Made by a program: the position numbers and the translations under genes. Below, piece by piece: positions 26,248 to 34,657 of a DNA stretch of 40,000 nt (position 1 is its first letter; each line of letters opens with the position of its first letter). This DNA comes from an uncultured Alphaproteobacteria bacterium (GTDB lineage Bacteria > Pseudomonadota > Alphaproteobacteria > Rhizobiales > Beijerinckiaceae). The stretch spans positions 290,936 to 330,935 of the forward strand of contig CAWHHH010000008.1 in NCBI GenBank assembly GCA_963829075.1, read 5' to 3'. A model generated the notes under the pieces. It ran no database searches. It was not told where the DNA came from and was given only the letters and a program-made list of their open reading frames with translations.

Positions 26248-27129
26248 CTACCTCGCCAGCGCCTTCGTCAGCTCCCCCACATTGTGGCGCATCATCGCGA
26301 CATAGCTCGCGGCCGGCCCGTCGGGCTTGGAGAGCGCGTCGGAATAGAGCTCGCCGCCGAGCTTGACGCCGCTCTCCTTGGCGAGGCGCTGGGCGAGGCG
26401 CGGATCGGAAATGTTTTCAAGAAAGACCGCCGCGACCTTTTCGCGCCGCGCCGCGTCGATGATGCGGGCTATGTCGCGCGCCGAGGGCTCGGCCTCGGTC
26501 GAGACGCCCTGCGGCGCGATGAACTCGAGCCCGTAGTGCGCGGCAAAATAGCCGAAGGCGTCATGCGTCGAGACGATGCGGCGCCTTTGGCTCGGGATCG
26601 CCGCGATCGCGCTCGCGACTTGCCTGTCGAGCGCCGCTAGCGTCGCGAGATAGGCCGCGGCCCGCGTCTCATAGAGCGCCGCGCGCCCGGGATCGGCGGC
26701 TTTCAGCGCGTCGCGGATGTTTTCCACATAGCGGCGGGCGTTGGCGACATCCTGCCAGGCGTGCGGATCGACGCCGTCGTCAAGCGCGCGCGGCTTGATC
26801 CCGGCGCTCGCGACGACGATGCGGGCCTTGGCGCCGGCGGCGGCGACAAGCCGGTCGAACCAGCCCTCAAACCCGAGCCCATTGACGAAGACGAGCCTGG
26901 CCTCGCTCACCTTTCGCGCATCCGCGGGCGTCGGCTCATAGACATGCGCGTCACTGTCGGGGCCGACGATCACGCTCACCGCGACCGCGTCGCCCCCGAC
27001 CTCGCGCACGAAGTCGCCGAGGATCGAGAAGCTCGCGACGACAGGCAGCGGCGCTAAGGGAGTCTCGGCCGCGGCGGGCCGAGCGGCGAGCGCAAAAAGC
27101 AGCAGAAAAAGTCGCGCCAATGTTCGCAT
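26248..27129 (-). CDS. Metal (Zn/Mn) ABC transporter periplasmic substrate-binding protein (ZnuA/TroA family)
   Basis: The internal ATG at 27129 (GGAGGTG upstream) gives MRTLARLFLLLFALAARPAAA, a signal peptide. Family motifs follow: SFSILGDFVREVGGD...DAHVYEPTPAD...DPHAWQD...STHDAFGYFA. 293 aa. Confidence 0.88.
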   Translation of the reverse strand: MRTLARLFLLLFALAARPAAAETPLAPLPVVASFSILGDFVREVGGDAVAVSVIVGPDSDAHVYEPTPADARKVSEARLVFVNGLGFEGWFDRLVAAAGAKARIVVASAGIKPRALDDGVDPHAWQDVANARRYVENIRDALKAADPGRAALYETRAAAYLATLAALDRQVASAIAAIPSQRRRIVSTHDAFGYFAAHYGLEFIAPQGVSTEAEPSARDIARIIDAARREKVAAVFLENISDPRLAQRLAKESGVKLGGELYSDALSKPDGPAASYVAMMRHNVGELTKALAR

Positions 27130-27131
27130 AG

Positions 27132-27998
27132 TCACCTCCGCGGCATAGAGCGCGCTGCGAAAAAGTGGAAACCGGTTTTTCGCGCGAGGCCGAGCGCGAG
27201 AAAATAGGCGAGGCCGGCGCAAAGCACGATCGAAGGCCCCGAGGGCGCGCCGGAGTGATAGGAGAAGACCAAGCCTCCGTAAGCGCAGGCCGCGCCGATC
27301 AGCGCTGAGAGAAGGAGCGTCGTCGCGAAATCTCGAGCGAGCAGCCTCGCGGCGGCGGCGGGGAGCATCATGAGCCCGACCGCCATCAGCGTGCCGAGCG
27401 CCTGAAAGCCGGCGACGAGGTTGAGCACGACGAGGCCCAAGAACAGGAAGGGAATGAACTCGCCCCAGCGGCTCGCGCGGCGAAGGAAGATCGGATCGAG
27501 CGTGTCGAGGACGAGCGCGCGGTAAAAGATCGCAAGGAGCGCGAGCGTCACGCTCGCGACGCCGGCAAGCAGATAAAGCGCCGCATCGTCGAGCGAGAGG
27601 GCCGAGCCGAAGAGCACATGCAGCAGATCGATGCTCGAGCCTTTGATCGAGACGAGCGTGACGCCGAGCGCGAGCGAGACGAGATAGAAGCCCGCAAGCG
27701 ACGCGTCCTCGCGCAGCGCCGAGAATCGCGCGGCGGCGCCCGAGAGCAGCGCGACGACGAGCCCCGCGACGAGGCCGCCCACGGTCATCGCGGGAAGCGA
27801 AAGGCCGGCGACGAGATAGCCGATCGCCGCGCCCGGCAGGATCGCATGCGAGAGCGCGTCGCCGGCGAGTGACATGCGGCGCAGCACCAAGAATACGCCG
27901 AGCGGGGCGCCTGAGAGCGCGAGCGCGAGGCCCCCGACCAGCGCGCGGCGCATGAAGCCGTAATCCGCAAAAGGCGCGATGAGTAAGTCAAAGATCAT
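27132..27998 (-). CDS. Metal ABC transporter permease (ZnuB/MntB family)
   Basis: 288 aa polytopic membrane protein. MSLAGDALSHAILPGAAIGY and DLLHVLFGS are typical of ABC-3 family permeases. Confidence 0.9.
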   Translation of the reverse strand: MIFDLLIAPFADYGFMRRALVGGLALALSGAPLGVFLVLRRMSLAGDALSHAILPGAAIGYLVAGLSLPAMTVGGLVAGLVVALLSGAAARFSALREDASLAGFYLVSLALGVTLVSIKGSSIDLLHVLFGSALSLDDAALYLLAGVASVTLALLAIFYRALVLDTLDPIFLRRASRWGEFIPFLFLGLVVLNLVAGFQALGTLMAVGLMMLPAAAARLLARDFATTLLLSALIGAACAYGGLVFSYHSGAPSGPSIVLCAGLAYFLALGLARKTGFHFFAARSMPRR

Positions 27999-28746
27999 CG
28001 AGCGCCGCCCGCGTTTGTCGCAAATTTTCGCGCCTTCCCGCCGCCGCTTCTGCTTGAGCGAGAGTGTCCTCGGCTAACGCCTGGCGCGTCTCTCCAAAAA
28101 AGATCGGGCGGCCGGCGACGAGCAGCGTATTGGGAAAGGCGCGGCGAACGAGGTCGAATTCGTGCAGCGCCGCGATGACCGTGCGGCCCTGTTCATGCCA
28201 GCGCTTAACGAGCGCCAGCAGGTCCTCGGTCGTCGCCCGGTCGATCGCGCCGAAGGGTTCGTCCAGGAGGATCACGTCGCGATCCTCGACGATGAGACGC
28301 GCAAAGAGCGCGCGCTGGAGCTGGCCGCCCGAGAGCACGCCGATGGGACGCCGCTCGAGGCCGCAGAGGCCGACGGCCTCCAAGGCGGCGGCGACGCGCG
28401 CGCGCTCCTCGGCGTCGACCCCCGCAAAAATCCCGCGCCGGCGCAGCGCGCCGAGCGAGACGAATTCGCCCACGCGAACGGGTAAGGAGAGGTCGATGTC
28501 CGCGCCCTGCGGCAGATAGGCGATCTCGCCGGCCGAGCCGCCCTCGATCCGCACACGGCCGGACAGGGGCGCCAGCAGCCCGGCTATGGCTTTGAGGATC
28601 GTCGATTTGCCGCCGCCGTTCGGCCCGCAGAGCGCGAGGAGCTCGCCTGGTGCGATGACGCCGTCGAGCGCCTCCACGACGACGCGCCCTTCGTAGCCCA
28701 GCGTCAGATTTTCCAGCGTGATCCTGGGCGCCGAGGGCGCGCTCAC
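27988..28746 (-). CDS. Metal ABC transporter ATP-binding protein (ZnuC family)
   Basis: Walker A GPNGGGKST, ABC signature LSGGQLQR, Walker B ILLDEP. The preferred start is the GTG at 28746, overlapping the stop of the small upstream ORF (GTGA). The track start at 28779 is a TTG. Confidence 0.88.
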   Translation of the reverse strand: MSAPSAPRITLENLTLGYEGRVVVEALDGVIAPGELLALCGPNGGGKSTILKAIAGLLAPLSGRVRIEGGSAGEIAYLPQGADIDLSLPVRVGEFVSLGALRRRGIFAGVDAEERARVAAALEAVGLCGLERRPIGVLSGGQLQRALFARLIVEDRDVILLDEPFGAIDRATTEDLLALVKRWHEQGRTVIAALHEFDLVRRAFPNTLLVAGRPIFFGETRQALAEDTLAQAEAAAGRRENLRQTRAALDDL

Positions 28747-28907
28747 CGCAGCGCCCAGTAGACGAGGCCCCAGAGGCAAAGGAGCGCGACCAGAACCGGC
28801 GCGAGCCGCTCGAAGGCGGAAGCGCCGAGCGCGTCCCGCATCGGCGCCGGGCTGTCCGTCGGCGACTGGGCTCTCTCGAAGGCTGCGGTCACGGGCAAGT
28901 CGGACAT
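28743..28907 (-). CDS. Possible small (54 aa) membrane-anchored leader ORF of the metal ABC operon
   Basis: ATG at 28907. The product MSDLPVTAAFERAQSPTDSPAPMRDALGASAFERLAPVLVALLCLWGLVYWALR has one C-terminal hydrophobic helix. Its TGA overlaps the GTG of the ATPase gene (GTGA), suggesting translational coupling. I recognise no homology. Confidence 0.4.
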   Translation of the reverse strand: MSDLPVTAAFERAQSPTDSPAPMRDALGASAFERLAPVLVALLCLWGLVYWALR

Positions 28908-28912
28908 GCGAG

Positions 28913-28927
28913 CGTTATAACATAACG
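28913..28927. promoter_or_regulatory. Zur-box-like palindrome in the metal ABC operon promoter
   Basis: CGTTAT-AAC-ATAACG is a perfect 6-3-6 inverted repeat located 6 nt upstream of the small ORF start. The GTTAT/ATAAC half-sites form the core of proteobacterial Zur operators (the E. coli-type core is TGTTATA-N-TATAACA). Confidence 0.45.
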
Positions 28928-29171
28928 TCGGCGGCGAACAAAGGTTTCGCGCATGAGAGGGCGGGGGTCGAGGCCCCCGGCTTTTCAGATCACTCTGTGC
29001 TTTGTTCGAAGATGCGCGCATGCCAGAGCCCTGCGGGGAGGAAGACGCGCTGCGAGCGCGGGGAGCCGCCCCCGGCGCGACCATGCGCCTTCTTGACGCC
29101 CCCCGCCTCCTGTGCCCATTGGCGAGACGGCCTGCGGCGCGGCCTCCATCTTCCAGGGGAGCGGTTTACGG

Positions 29172-30371
29172 ATGAACATCCACGAATATCAAGCCAAAGC
29201 CATTTTGCGCGAGTTCGGCGCGCCGGTCGCCGCGGGCGTTCCGGTGCTCAAGGCAGCGGAGGCCGCCGGAGCCGCGAAGCAGCTTCCGGGCCCGGTCTAT
29301 GTCGTCAAGGCGCAGATCCACGCGGGCGGGCGCGGCAAGGGCCATTTCAAGGAGGCCGCAGCCGGCGAGAAGGGCGGCGTGCGCATCGCCAAGTCGATCG
29401 AGGAGGCCGAGACCTTCGCCAAGCAGATGCTCGGCAACACGCTCGTCACCGTGCAGACGGGCGAGACCGGCAAGCAGGTCAACCGCCTCTACATCGAGGA
29501 CGGCGCTGCGATCGACAAGGAATTCTATCTCTCGCTGCTCATCGACCGCGCGACCTCACGCGTCTCCTTCGTCGTCTCGACCGAGGGCGGCATGAACATC
29601 GAGGACGTCGCCCATGAGACGCCCGAGAAAATCGTGACCTTCGCGGTCGATCCGGCGACCGGGATCATGCCGCATCACGGCCGCCGCGTCGCCGACGCGC
29701 TGAAGCTCACCGGCGATCTCGCCAAGCAGGCCGGCAAGCTCACCCAGCAGCTCTATTCCGCCTTCGTCGAGAAGGACATGGAGCTTCTCGAGATCAATCC
29801 GCTGATCGTCACCAAGGACGGGCAACTGCGCTGCCTCGACGCCAAGTGCTCCTTCGACGACAATGCGCTCTACCGCCATGCGGACGTGATCGCGCTGCGC
29901 GACATCACGGAAGAGGACGAGAAGGAGATCGAGGCGTCGAAATACGAGCTCGCCTACATCGCGCTTGACGGCAATATCGGCTGCATGGTCAACGGCGCCG
30001 GCCTCGCGATGGCGACGATGGACATCATCAAGCTCTATGGGCAGTTCCCGGCGAACTTCCTCGACGTCGGTGGCGGCGCGAGCAAGGAGAAGGTCACGGC
30101 GGCCTTCAAGATCATCACGGCCGACCCCAAGGTGAAGGGCATTTTGGTCAACATCTTCGGCGGCATCATGAAATGCGACGTGATCGCCGAAGGCGTCATC
30201 GCCGCGGTCAAGGAAGTCGGGCTCCAGGTCCCGCTCGTCGTCCGCCTCGAGGGCACGAACGTCGATCTCGGAAAGAAGATCATCGACGGCTCCGGCCTCA
30301 ACGTGATCGCCGCCGAAAATCTCGACGACGCCGCGCAAAAGATCGTCGCCGCGGTCAAGGTCGCAGCCTAA
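29172..30371 (+). CDS. sucC: Succinate-CoA ligase (ADP-forming) beta subunit
   Basis: ATG at 29172, 399 aa. [19 protein letters not shown]...[14 protein letters not shown]...[42 protein letters not shown] is alphaproteobacterial SucC-like. It looks closer to SucC than to the malate thiokinase MtkA sequence I recall. Confidence 0.93.
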   Translation: MNIHEYQAKAILREFGAPVAAGVPVLKAAEAAGAAKQLPGPVYVVKAQIHAGGRGKGHFKEAAAGEKGGVRIAKSIEEAETFAKQMLGNTLVTVQTGETGKQVNRLYIEDGAAIDKEFYLSLLIDRATSRVSFVVSTEGGMNIEDVAHETPEKIVTFAVDPATGIMPHHGRRVADALKLTGDLAKQAGKLTQQLYSAFVEKDMELLEINPLIVTKDGQLRCLDAKCSFDDNALYRHADVIALRDITEEDEKEIEASKYELAYIALDGNIGCMVNGAGLAMATMDIIKLYGQFPANFLDVGGGASKEKVTAAFKIITADPKVKGILVNIFGGIMKCDVIAEGVIAAVKEVGLQVPLVVRLEGTNVDLGKKIIDGSGLNVIAAENLDDAAQKIVAAVKVAA

Positions 30372-30381
30372 GGCGCATTGG

Positions 30382-30519
30382 CCTCTCCGAGCGCGTATTT
30401 CGCTCTCGGAGAGCAGACTTAGGGCTTTTTTAAGACCTCGCTTTCGCATTTCCTGCTTGCGATGGCCGCGCAAAGCGGCCATCATTCTTCGCTATAGCGA
30501 AGCCGAAGGCCGCGGCTTC
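30382..30519. terminator. Hairpin-rich intergenic region after sucC (probable terminator plus additional palindromes)
   Basis: CTCTCCGAG..CTCGGAGAG (30382-30413) with a TTTTTT run at 30426-30431. GATGGCCGC gcaaa GCGGCCATC (30461-30483). Perfect 16-bp palindrome CTTCGCTATAGCGAAG (30487-30502). GAAGCCG..CGGCTTC (30499-30519). Confidence 0.45.
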
Positions 30520-30553
30520 TCTCGATCAAGCGGCGAAATCGGAAACCGATCAC

Positions 30554-32329
30554 GTGCGATTCTCCTCTCTTCTGGCAGCAGCGATCCGTCGCTATCTTTG
30601 TTTCTTCGCCCAGCTTCTTTGCGCGCTGGGCGTTGTTCAATGCGGCGCCGTCGCCGCTGCGGCGCAGGCGCGCGAGCATTTCTCTGTCGGGCGGCCCTTC
30701 GAGGTCGGCGAGAGCCTTTCGGGCAACGTCCTTTCGGCGATCGTCGCCAATGAAGAGCGCGACACGCTCGCCGCCTCGACCTTCTTTCGCGAGGCGCTGC
30801 GCGTGGACCCGCGCAACAAGGATCTCGCCGAACGCGCGATGATCGCGGCGCTGGCCAACGGCAATTTCCCCGAGGCCTTCGACCTTGCGGGCAAGGTGCT
30901 GACGCAGGACCGCAAGAATCCGGTCGCCAATCTGACGAGCGCCGTCGAGGCCATGACCCAGCACAAATGGGCCAAGGCGCGCGAAGGTATCGCCAAAGAC
31001 GGCGGCGAGCAGCCGATCGACGTGAAGAACGTGCTTCTCAACGCCTGGAGCTACGCCGGCGAGAAGCAGGAGCGCCGCGCCCTCCAGACGCTCGATCAGC
31101 TTCGCGGCGAGGGCCTCGCGACGCTGCGCGACTATCACGCGGCGCTGATCGCCGATCTTTTCGGCGACAAGGCCGAGGCCGAGAAGCGCTTCAAATCGGT
31201 CATGAGCGCCGACCGCACCGTGCTGCGACTGATCGACGCCTATGGACGATTCCTGTCGGGTCAGGGCGACAATGAAGGGGCCCGCCGCCTCTATAAGGCC
31301 TTCGACGAGGCTGTGCCGGGCCATCCGCTGGTCGTTTCGGCGCTCGCCGAGATCGACTCCGGCAAGAAGCTGCAGCCGATCGTGCGCAACGCGGAGGAGG
31401 GCGCGGGCGAAGTGCTCTACGGCCTCGTCGCGCTCGGCGGCGGCCGCCCGGGCGAGGAGCTTCCCTCGCTCATCTATCTGCGCCTCTCGCAAGCGCTTGC
31501 GCCGGGAAACGAGCTCACGATCTTCACGCTCGCCGACCTTTACGAGCGCATGAAGCAGGAGGAGTCGGCGATCCAGCTCTACGACTCGGTTGCGGAGTCG
31601 AGCCCGCTGCGCGTCAACGCCGAAGTGCAGGCCTCGCTGCTGCTCGAGGAGATCGGCAAGAACAAGGATGCGGCGGAGCACCTGCAGGCGGTCGTCGAAG
31701 CCTTTCCACGCAACGCCGACGCGCTGACCGCGCTCGCCAATCTGCAGCGCTCCCGCAAGCTCTATGACCAGGCGGTCGACTCCTACACGCGGGCCCTGGC
31801 GATCGACACGACGCCCGAAAAGGCGAAATGGCTGCTCTACTATTATCGCGGCATCGCCAACGAGCGGCGCAAGAATTGGCCGGCGGCGGAGGCCGATCTG
31901 AAAAAGGCGCTGGAGCTCAATCCGGATCAGGCTTCCGTTCTGAACTATCTCGGCTATTCCTGGGTCGACCAGGGCGTCAATCTCGACGAGGCGTTCCGCA
32001 TGCTGCGGCGCGCCGTCGATCTGAAGTCGCGCGACGGCTATATCGTCGACAGCCTCGGCTGGGCCTATTATCGCCTGGGCCGCTATGACGACGCGGTGCG
32101 CGAGCTCGAGAAGGCCATCGATCTCAAGCCCGCCGATCCCGTCATCAACGATCACCTCGGCGATTCCTATTGGCGCGTTGGCCGCAAGCTCGAGGCGCAG
32201 TTCCAGTGGAACCACGCGCGCGATCTCGGCCCCGAGCCCGAGGACTTGCCGCGCATTCTCGACAAGATCAAGAACGGGCTGACCGAGAAGCCGGTGGCGG
32301 GCGAGAAGCAAACCAACAGGGGAGGCTGA
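30554..32329 (+). CDS. Secreted/periplasmic tetratricopeptide-repeat (TPR) protein
   Basis: 591 aa with a GTG start and a hydrophobic N-terminal signal-like segment. It has multiple TPR-like units (e.g. WPAAEADLKKALELNPDQASVLNYLGYSW; GRYDDAVRELEKAIDLKPADPVINDHLGDSYWRVGR). Confidence 0.85.
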   Translation: MRFSSLLAAAIRRYLCFFAQLLCALGVVQCGAVAAAAQAREHFSVGRPFEVGESLSGNVLSAIVANEERDTLAASTFFREALRVDPRNKDLAERAMIAALANGNFPEAFDLAGKVLTQDRKNPVANLTSAVEAMTQHKWAKAREGIAKDGGEQPIDVKNVLLNAWSYAGEKQERRALQTLDQLRGEGLATLRDYHAALIADLFGDKAEAEKRFKSVMSADRTVLRLIDAYGRFLSGQGDNEGARRLYKAFDEAVPGHPLVVSALAEIDSGKKLQPIVRNAEEGAGEVLYGLVALGGGRPGEELPSLIYLRLSQALAPGNELTIFTLADLYERMKQEESAIQLYDSVAESSPLRVNAEVQASLLLEEIGKNKDAAEHLQAVVEAFPRNADALTALANLQRSRKLYDQAVDSYTRALAIDTTPEKAKWLLYYYRGIANERRKNWPAAEADLKKALELNPDQASVLNYLGYSWVDQGVNLDEAFRMLRRAVDLKSRDGYIVDSLGWAYYRLGRYDDAVRELEKAIDLKPADPVINDHLGDSYWRVGRKLEAQFQWNHARDLGPEPEDLPRILDKIKNGLTEKPVAGEKQTNRGG

Positions 32330-32414
32330 GCCTTCCCCGAGGTCTCGCAGCGGGAAGCCGTGTTTCCCGTCACGCGCCTGTTTCGCTCGCAAAGCTTGAC
32401 TCAAGGAACCGCCG

Positions 32415-32783
32415 ATGCGTCGCGCCATGCTGGTGTTTCTTCCGCTCCTCGCCCTCTCGACGACGGCGAAGGCTGCGCCCATCACGCTGACCTGCTCGCT
32501 GGGTCAAGAGGGCATGCCGAAAACCGAGGTCATATTGGAGATCGAGGACGGCGCCGTGCGGCTCGGCTCGGACCGGGAGAATATCGTCGACGCGCAGTCG
32601 CTCGAAAAGCGCTCGCTCGTCGTCAAGAAGGATGTGATCTCCTTCCGCCAGATGTTCGCCGCGACGCGCGTCGCCTGGGATTGGAAGATCGACCGTGCGA
32701 AAGGCGCGGTCACGCAAAAATACATCAACACCGAAACCGGAAAGTCCTTTTTGACGAAGTCCGGCACATGCTCCGGCGGCTAG
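32415..32783 (+). CDS. Small secreted hypothetical protein
   Basis: 122 aa; AAGGAA lies 7 nt upstream of the ATG. Signal peptide MRRAMLVFLPLLALSTTAKA|AP, with conserved-looking Cys residues near both ends of the mature protein. No family recognised. Confidence 0.6.
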   Translation: MRRAMLVFLPLLALSTTAKAAPITLTCSLGQEGMPKTEVILEIEDGAVRLGSDRENIVDAQSLEKRSLVVKKDVISFRQMFAATRVAWDWKIDRAKGAVTQKYINTETGKSFLTKSGTCSGG

Positions 32784-32854
32784 CAACTCCGCCTGTCGGA
32801 CCGCGAGCCTCCGGCTCCCAGGAAATCACTCGTTCGCGCGTTGCGAGGCGCATG

Positions 32855-32885
32855 AAAAAAGCGGCCCCTCGAGGGCCGCTTTCGC
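32855..32885. terminator. Bidirectional rho-independent terminator between convergent genes
   Basis: AAAAAA-GCGGCCC ctcga GGGCCGC-TTT: a perfect 7-bp GC stem (32861-32879) flanked by an A-run upstream and T residues downstream. It can serve both the 32415 ORF (+) and the cytochrome c gene (-). Confidence 0.7.
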
Positions 32886-32914
32886 TTGTTTCGCGCCCGT
32901 TGTCGGGCGGCGAC

Positions 32915-33313
32915 TTACTTCTTCTTTCCGTCGGCGCCAAACGTCGCGAGATAGGCCCAAACGTCGCCCGCCTCCTTGTCGGAGGAGAGGCCCTGGAACA
33001 CCATCTTCGTGCCCGGAACCTTCGCCTTCGGATTCTTGATGAACTCCTCGAAGGACGCCTCGTTCCAGGTGATGCCGGAGGTCTTCATCGGCTCGGAGTA
33101 GTTGTATCCCTCGACCGCGCCGGCCTTGCGGCCGTCGAGCCCATTGAGCTCAGGCGCGATGGCGTTCTTCGCCGTCTCGCCGACCTGATGGCAGGCCTTG
33201 CACTTCGCGAAAACCTTCTCTCCGGAAGCGGCGTCGCCGGCGGCGAGCGCCGAACCGGTCAGGGCCGCGAGGACGACGGCCGTCGCCGCGCTCAACATCG
33301 AAAAAGATTTCAT
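32915..33313 (-). CDS. Class I c-type cytochrome (cytochrome c2/c550-like)
   Basis: The internal ATG at 33313 gives MKSFSMLSAATAVVLAALTGSALA (signal peptide), the heme-binding motif CKACH, and a distal Met region (PGTKMVF). 132 aa. Confidence 0.9.
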   Translation of the reverse strand: MKSFSMLSAATAVVLAALTGSALAAGDAASGEKVFAKCKACHQVGETAKNAIAPELNGLDGRKAGAVEGYNYSEPMKTSGITWNEASFEEFIKNPKAKVPGTKMVFQGLSSDKEAGDVWAYLATFGADGKKK

Positions 33314-33447
33314 TCCTTGTCCTTTCCTCTTTCTAGGCCGACCTTCGGCCGGCTTTGTTTTTTCATGAGCCTTCGGCTTCCTACACGCGTTCCAAACTAT
33401 AACGGAGCGGCCGTTCACACAAGATCGGCCGCCGTTTCCTTCGCCTT

Positions 33448-33525
33448 CATCCTGAGGAGGCTCCGCGGGAGCCGTCTCGAAGGACCTTCGAGACGCCCGC
33501 TTCGCGGGCTCCTCAAGGGTGAGGA
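33448..33525. repeat. Composite palindromic REP-like element (two inverted units), locus 1
   Basis: Unit TCCTGAGGAG-GGCTCCgcgGGAGCC-GTCTCGAAGG is followed by the inverted unit CCTTCGAGAC-GCCCGCttcGCGGGC-TCCTCAAGG. The rc of 33485-33517 matches 38338-38370 at 32/33 positions. It lies in the divergent region between the cytochrome c gene and mch. Confidence 0.85.
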
Positions 33526-33631
33526 CTTCACAACGCGCTCCCCGCCCGCTTCCGTCCCGCGCCGAACCCCATTACAGTCGCGGTCCGAAGCCCTCACGAA
33601 TGAGACGGGGCTCGAGGCGAGGAAAGCTATC

Positions 33632-34612
33632 GTGACGGGAACATTGGATTATAGCAACCGCGTGATTGCGAGCGTCAATCTGCTCGCCGGCCATATCGTC
33701 GACAGGATCGCCGCCGACCCCGGGCGATATCGCGTCTCGGTCACGCGCGGCGAAAGCGACGAGCTGTTGATCGACGCCGGCGCTACGGTCGCCGGGGGGA
33801 TCGAGGTCGGCCTGCTGCTCACGGAAATCTGCATGGGCGGTCTCGGCCGCGTCGCCCTGACCCCTGCGTCCGGCGCCTCGAAATGGCCGTTCTGGCTGAC
33901 CGTCTCGTCGAACGATCCGGTCGTCGCCTGTCTCGCGAGCCAATATGCGGGCTGGAGCCTGCAACACGAGAAATTCTTCGCGCTCGGCTCCGGGCCCGGA
34001 CGCGCGTTAGCCAGGGTCGAGAAGCTCTTCGAGGAGCTCGCCTATACCGACACGGCTCGGCGGGTCACGATCGTGCTCGAAGGCGACAAGCCGCCGCCGG
34101 CGGCGATCGTCGCCAAGGTCGCGACGGCCGCCAAGGTCGACGCGTCGAACGTCGCCTTCGTCTATGCGCCGACGCAGAGCCTCGCCGGTTCCGTGCAGGT
34201 CGTCGGCCGCGTGCTCGAAGTCGCCTTGCACAAGGCGCATGAGCTGAAATTCCCGCTCGAGCACATCATCGACGGCGTCGCCACCGCGCCCCTCTCGCCG
34301 CCGCATCCCGACTTCGTGCAGGCGATGGGCCGCACCAATGACGCGATCATCTACGCGGGCCGCGCGCATCTCTTCGTGAAGGGGCCGTCGGACGCCGCCC
34401 GCGAGCTCGCCAAGAATCTGCCGAGCAGCAACTCGCGCGATTACGGCCGGCCCTTCGCCGAAGTGTTCAAGGCCTATAAGGGCGATTTCTACAAGATCGA
34501 CCCGAGCCTGTTCTCCCCCGCCGAGGCGGTGGTGACGGCGGTCGAGACCGGCGAAACCTTCCGCGCCGGCGCGATCGACGAGAAGCTGCTCGACGCGTCC
34601 TTCGGGGGATAG
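33632..34612 (+). CDS. mch: Methenyltetrahydromethanopterin cyclohydrolase
   Basis: The GTG at 33632 (AGGAAAG 6-11 nt upstream) gives a 326-aa product. SVNLLAGHIVDRI...ELLIDAG...GGIEVGLLLTEICMGGLG...VACLASQYAGW...FALGSGPGRA...YAPTQSLAGSVQVVGRVLEVALHK resembles Mch. The remainder of the 750-aa track ORF upstream is an artefact. Confidence 0.92.
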   Translation: MTGTLDYSNRVIASVNLLAGHIVDRIAADPGRYRVSVTRGESDELLIDAGATVAGGIEVGLLLTEICMGGLGRVALTPASGASKWPFWLTVSSNDPVVACLASQYAGWSLQHEKFFALGSGPGRALARVEKLFEELAYTDTARRVTIVLEGDKPPPAAIVAKVATAAKVDASNVAFVYAPTQSLAGSVQVVGRVLEVALHKAHELKFPLEHIIDGVATAPLSPPHPDFVQAMGRTNDAIIYAGRAHLFVKGPSDAARELAKNLPSSNSRDYGRPFAEVFKAYKGDFYKIDPSLFSPAEAVVTAVETGETFRAGAIDEKLLDASFGG

Positions 34613-34630
34613 CGCTCTTCTTATCGGCGT

Positions 34631-34657
34631 CGCGGCGTCGCCTGTCGCGACGCCGCG
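34631..34657. terminator. GC-rich hairpin between convergent mch and methyltransferase genes
   Basis: CGCGGCGTCGC ctgtc GCGACGCCGCG is a perfect 11-bp stem. There is no T-tract. It abuts the methyltransferase stop codon (34658-34660). Confidence 0.4.

Noticed and set aside
29172-30371. Possibility that this gene is malate thiokinase mtkA (serine cycle) rather than sucC
   Set aside because: The N-terminal region ([19 protein letters not shown]..., [10 protein letters not shown]...[21 protein letters not shown]) tracks alphaproteobacterial SucC much more closely than the M. extorquens MtkA sequence as I recall it. No mtkB follows either. I kept it as sucC, but phylogeny should confirm this.
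32360-33631. N-terminal 424 codons of the 750-aa track ORF that ends as mch
   Set aside because: This part overlaps the secreted-protein ORF, the bidirectional terminator and the cytochrome c gene, and its translation is Arg-rich junk. Mch homology begins only at the GTG at 33632, which has its own RBS and gives a normal ~326-aa Mch.
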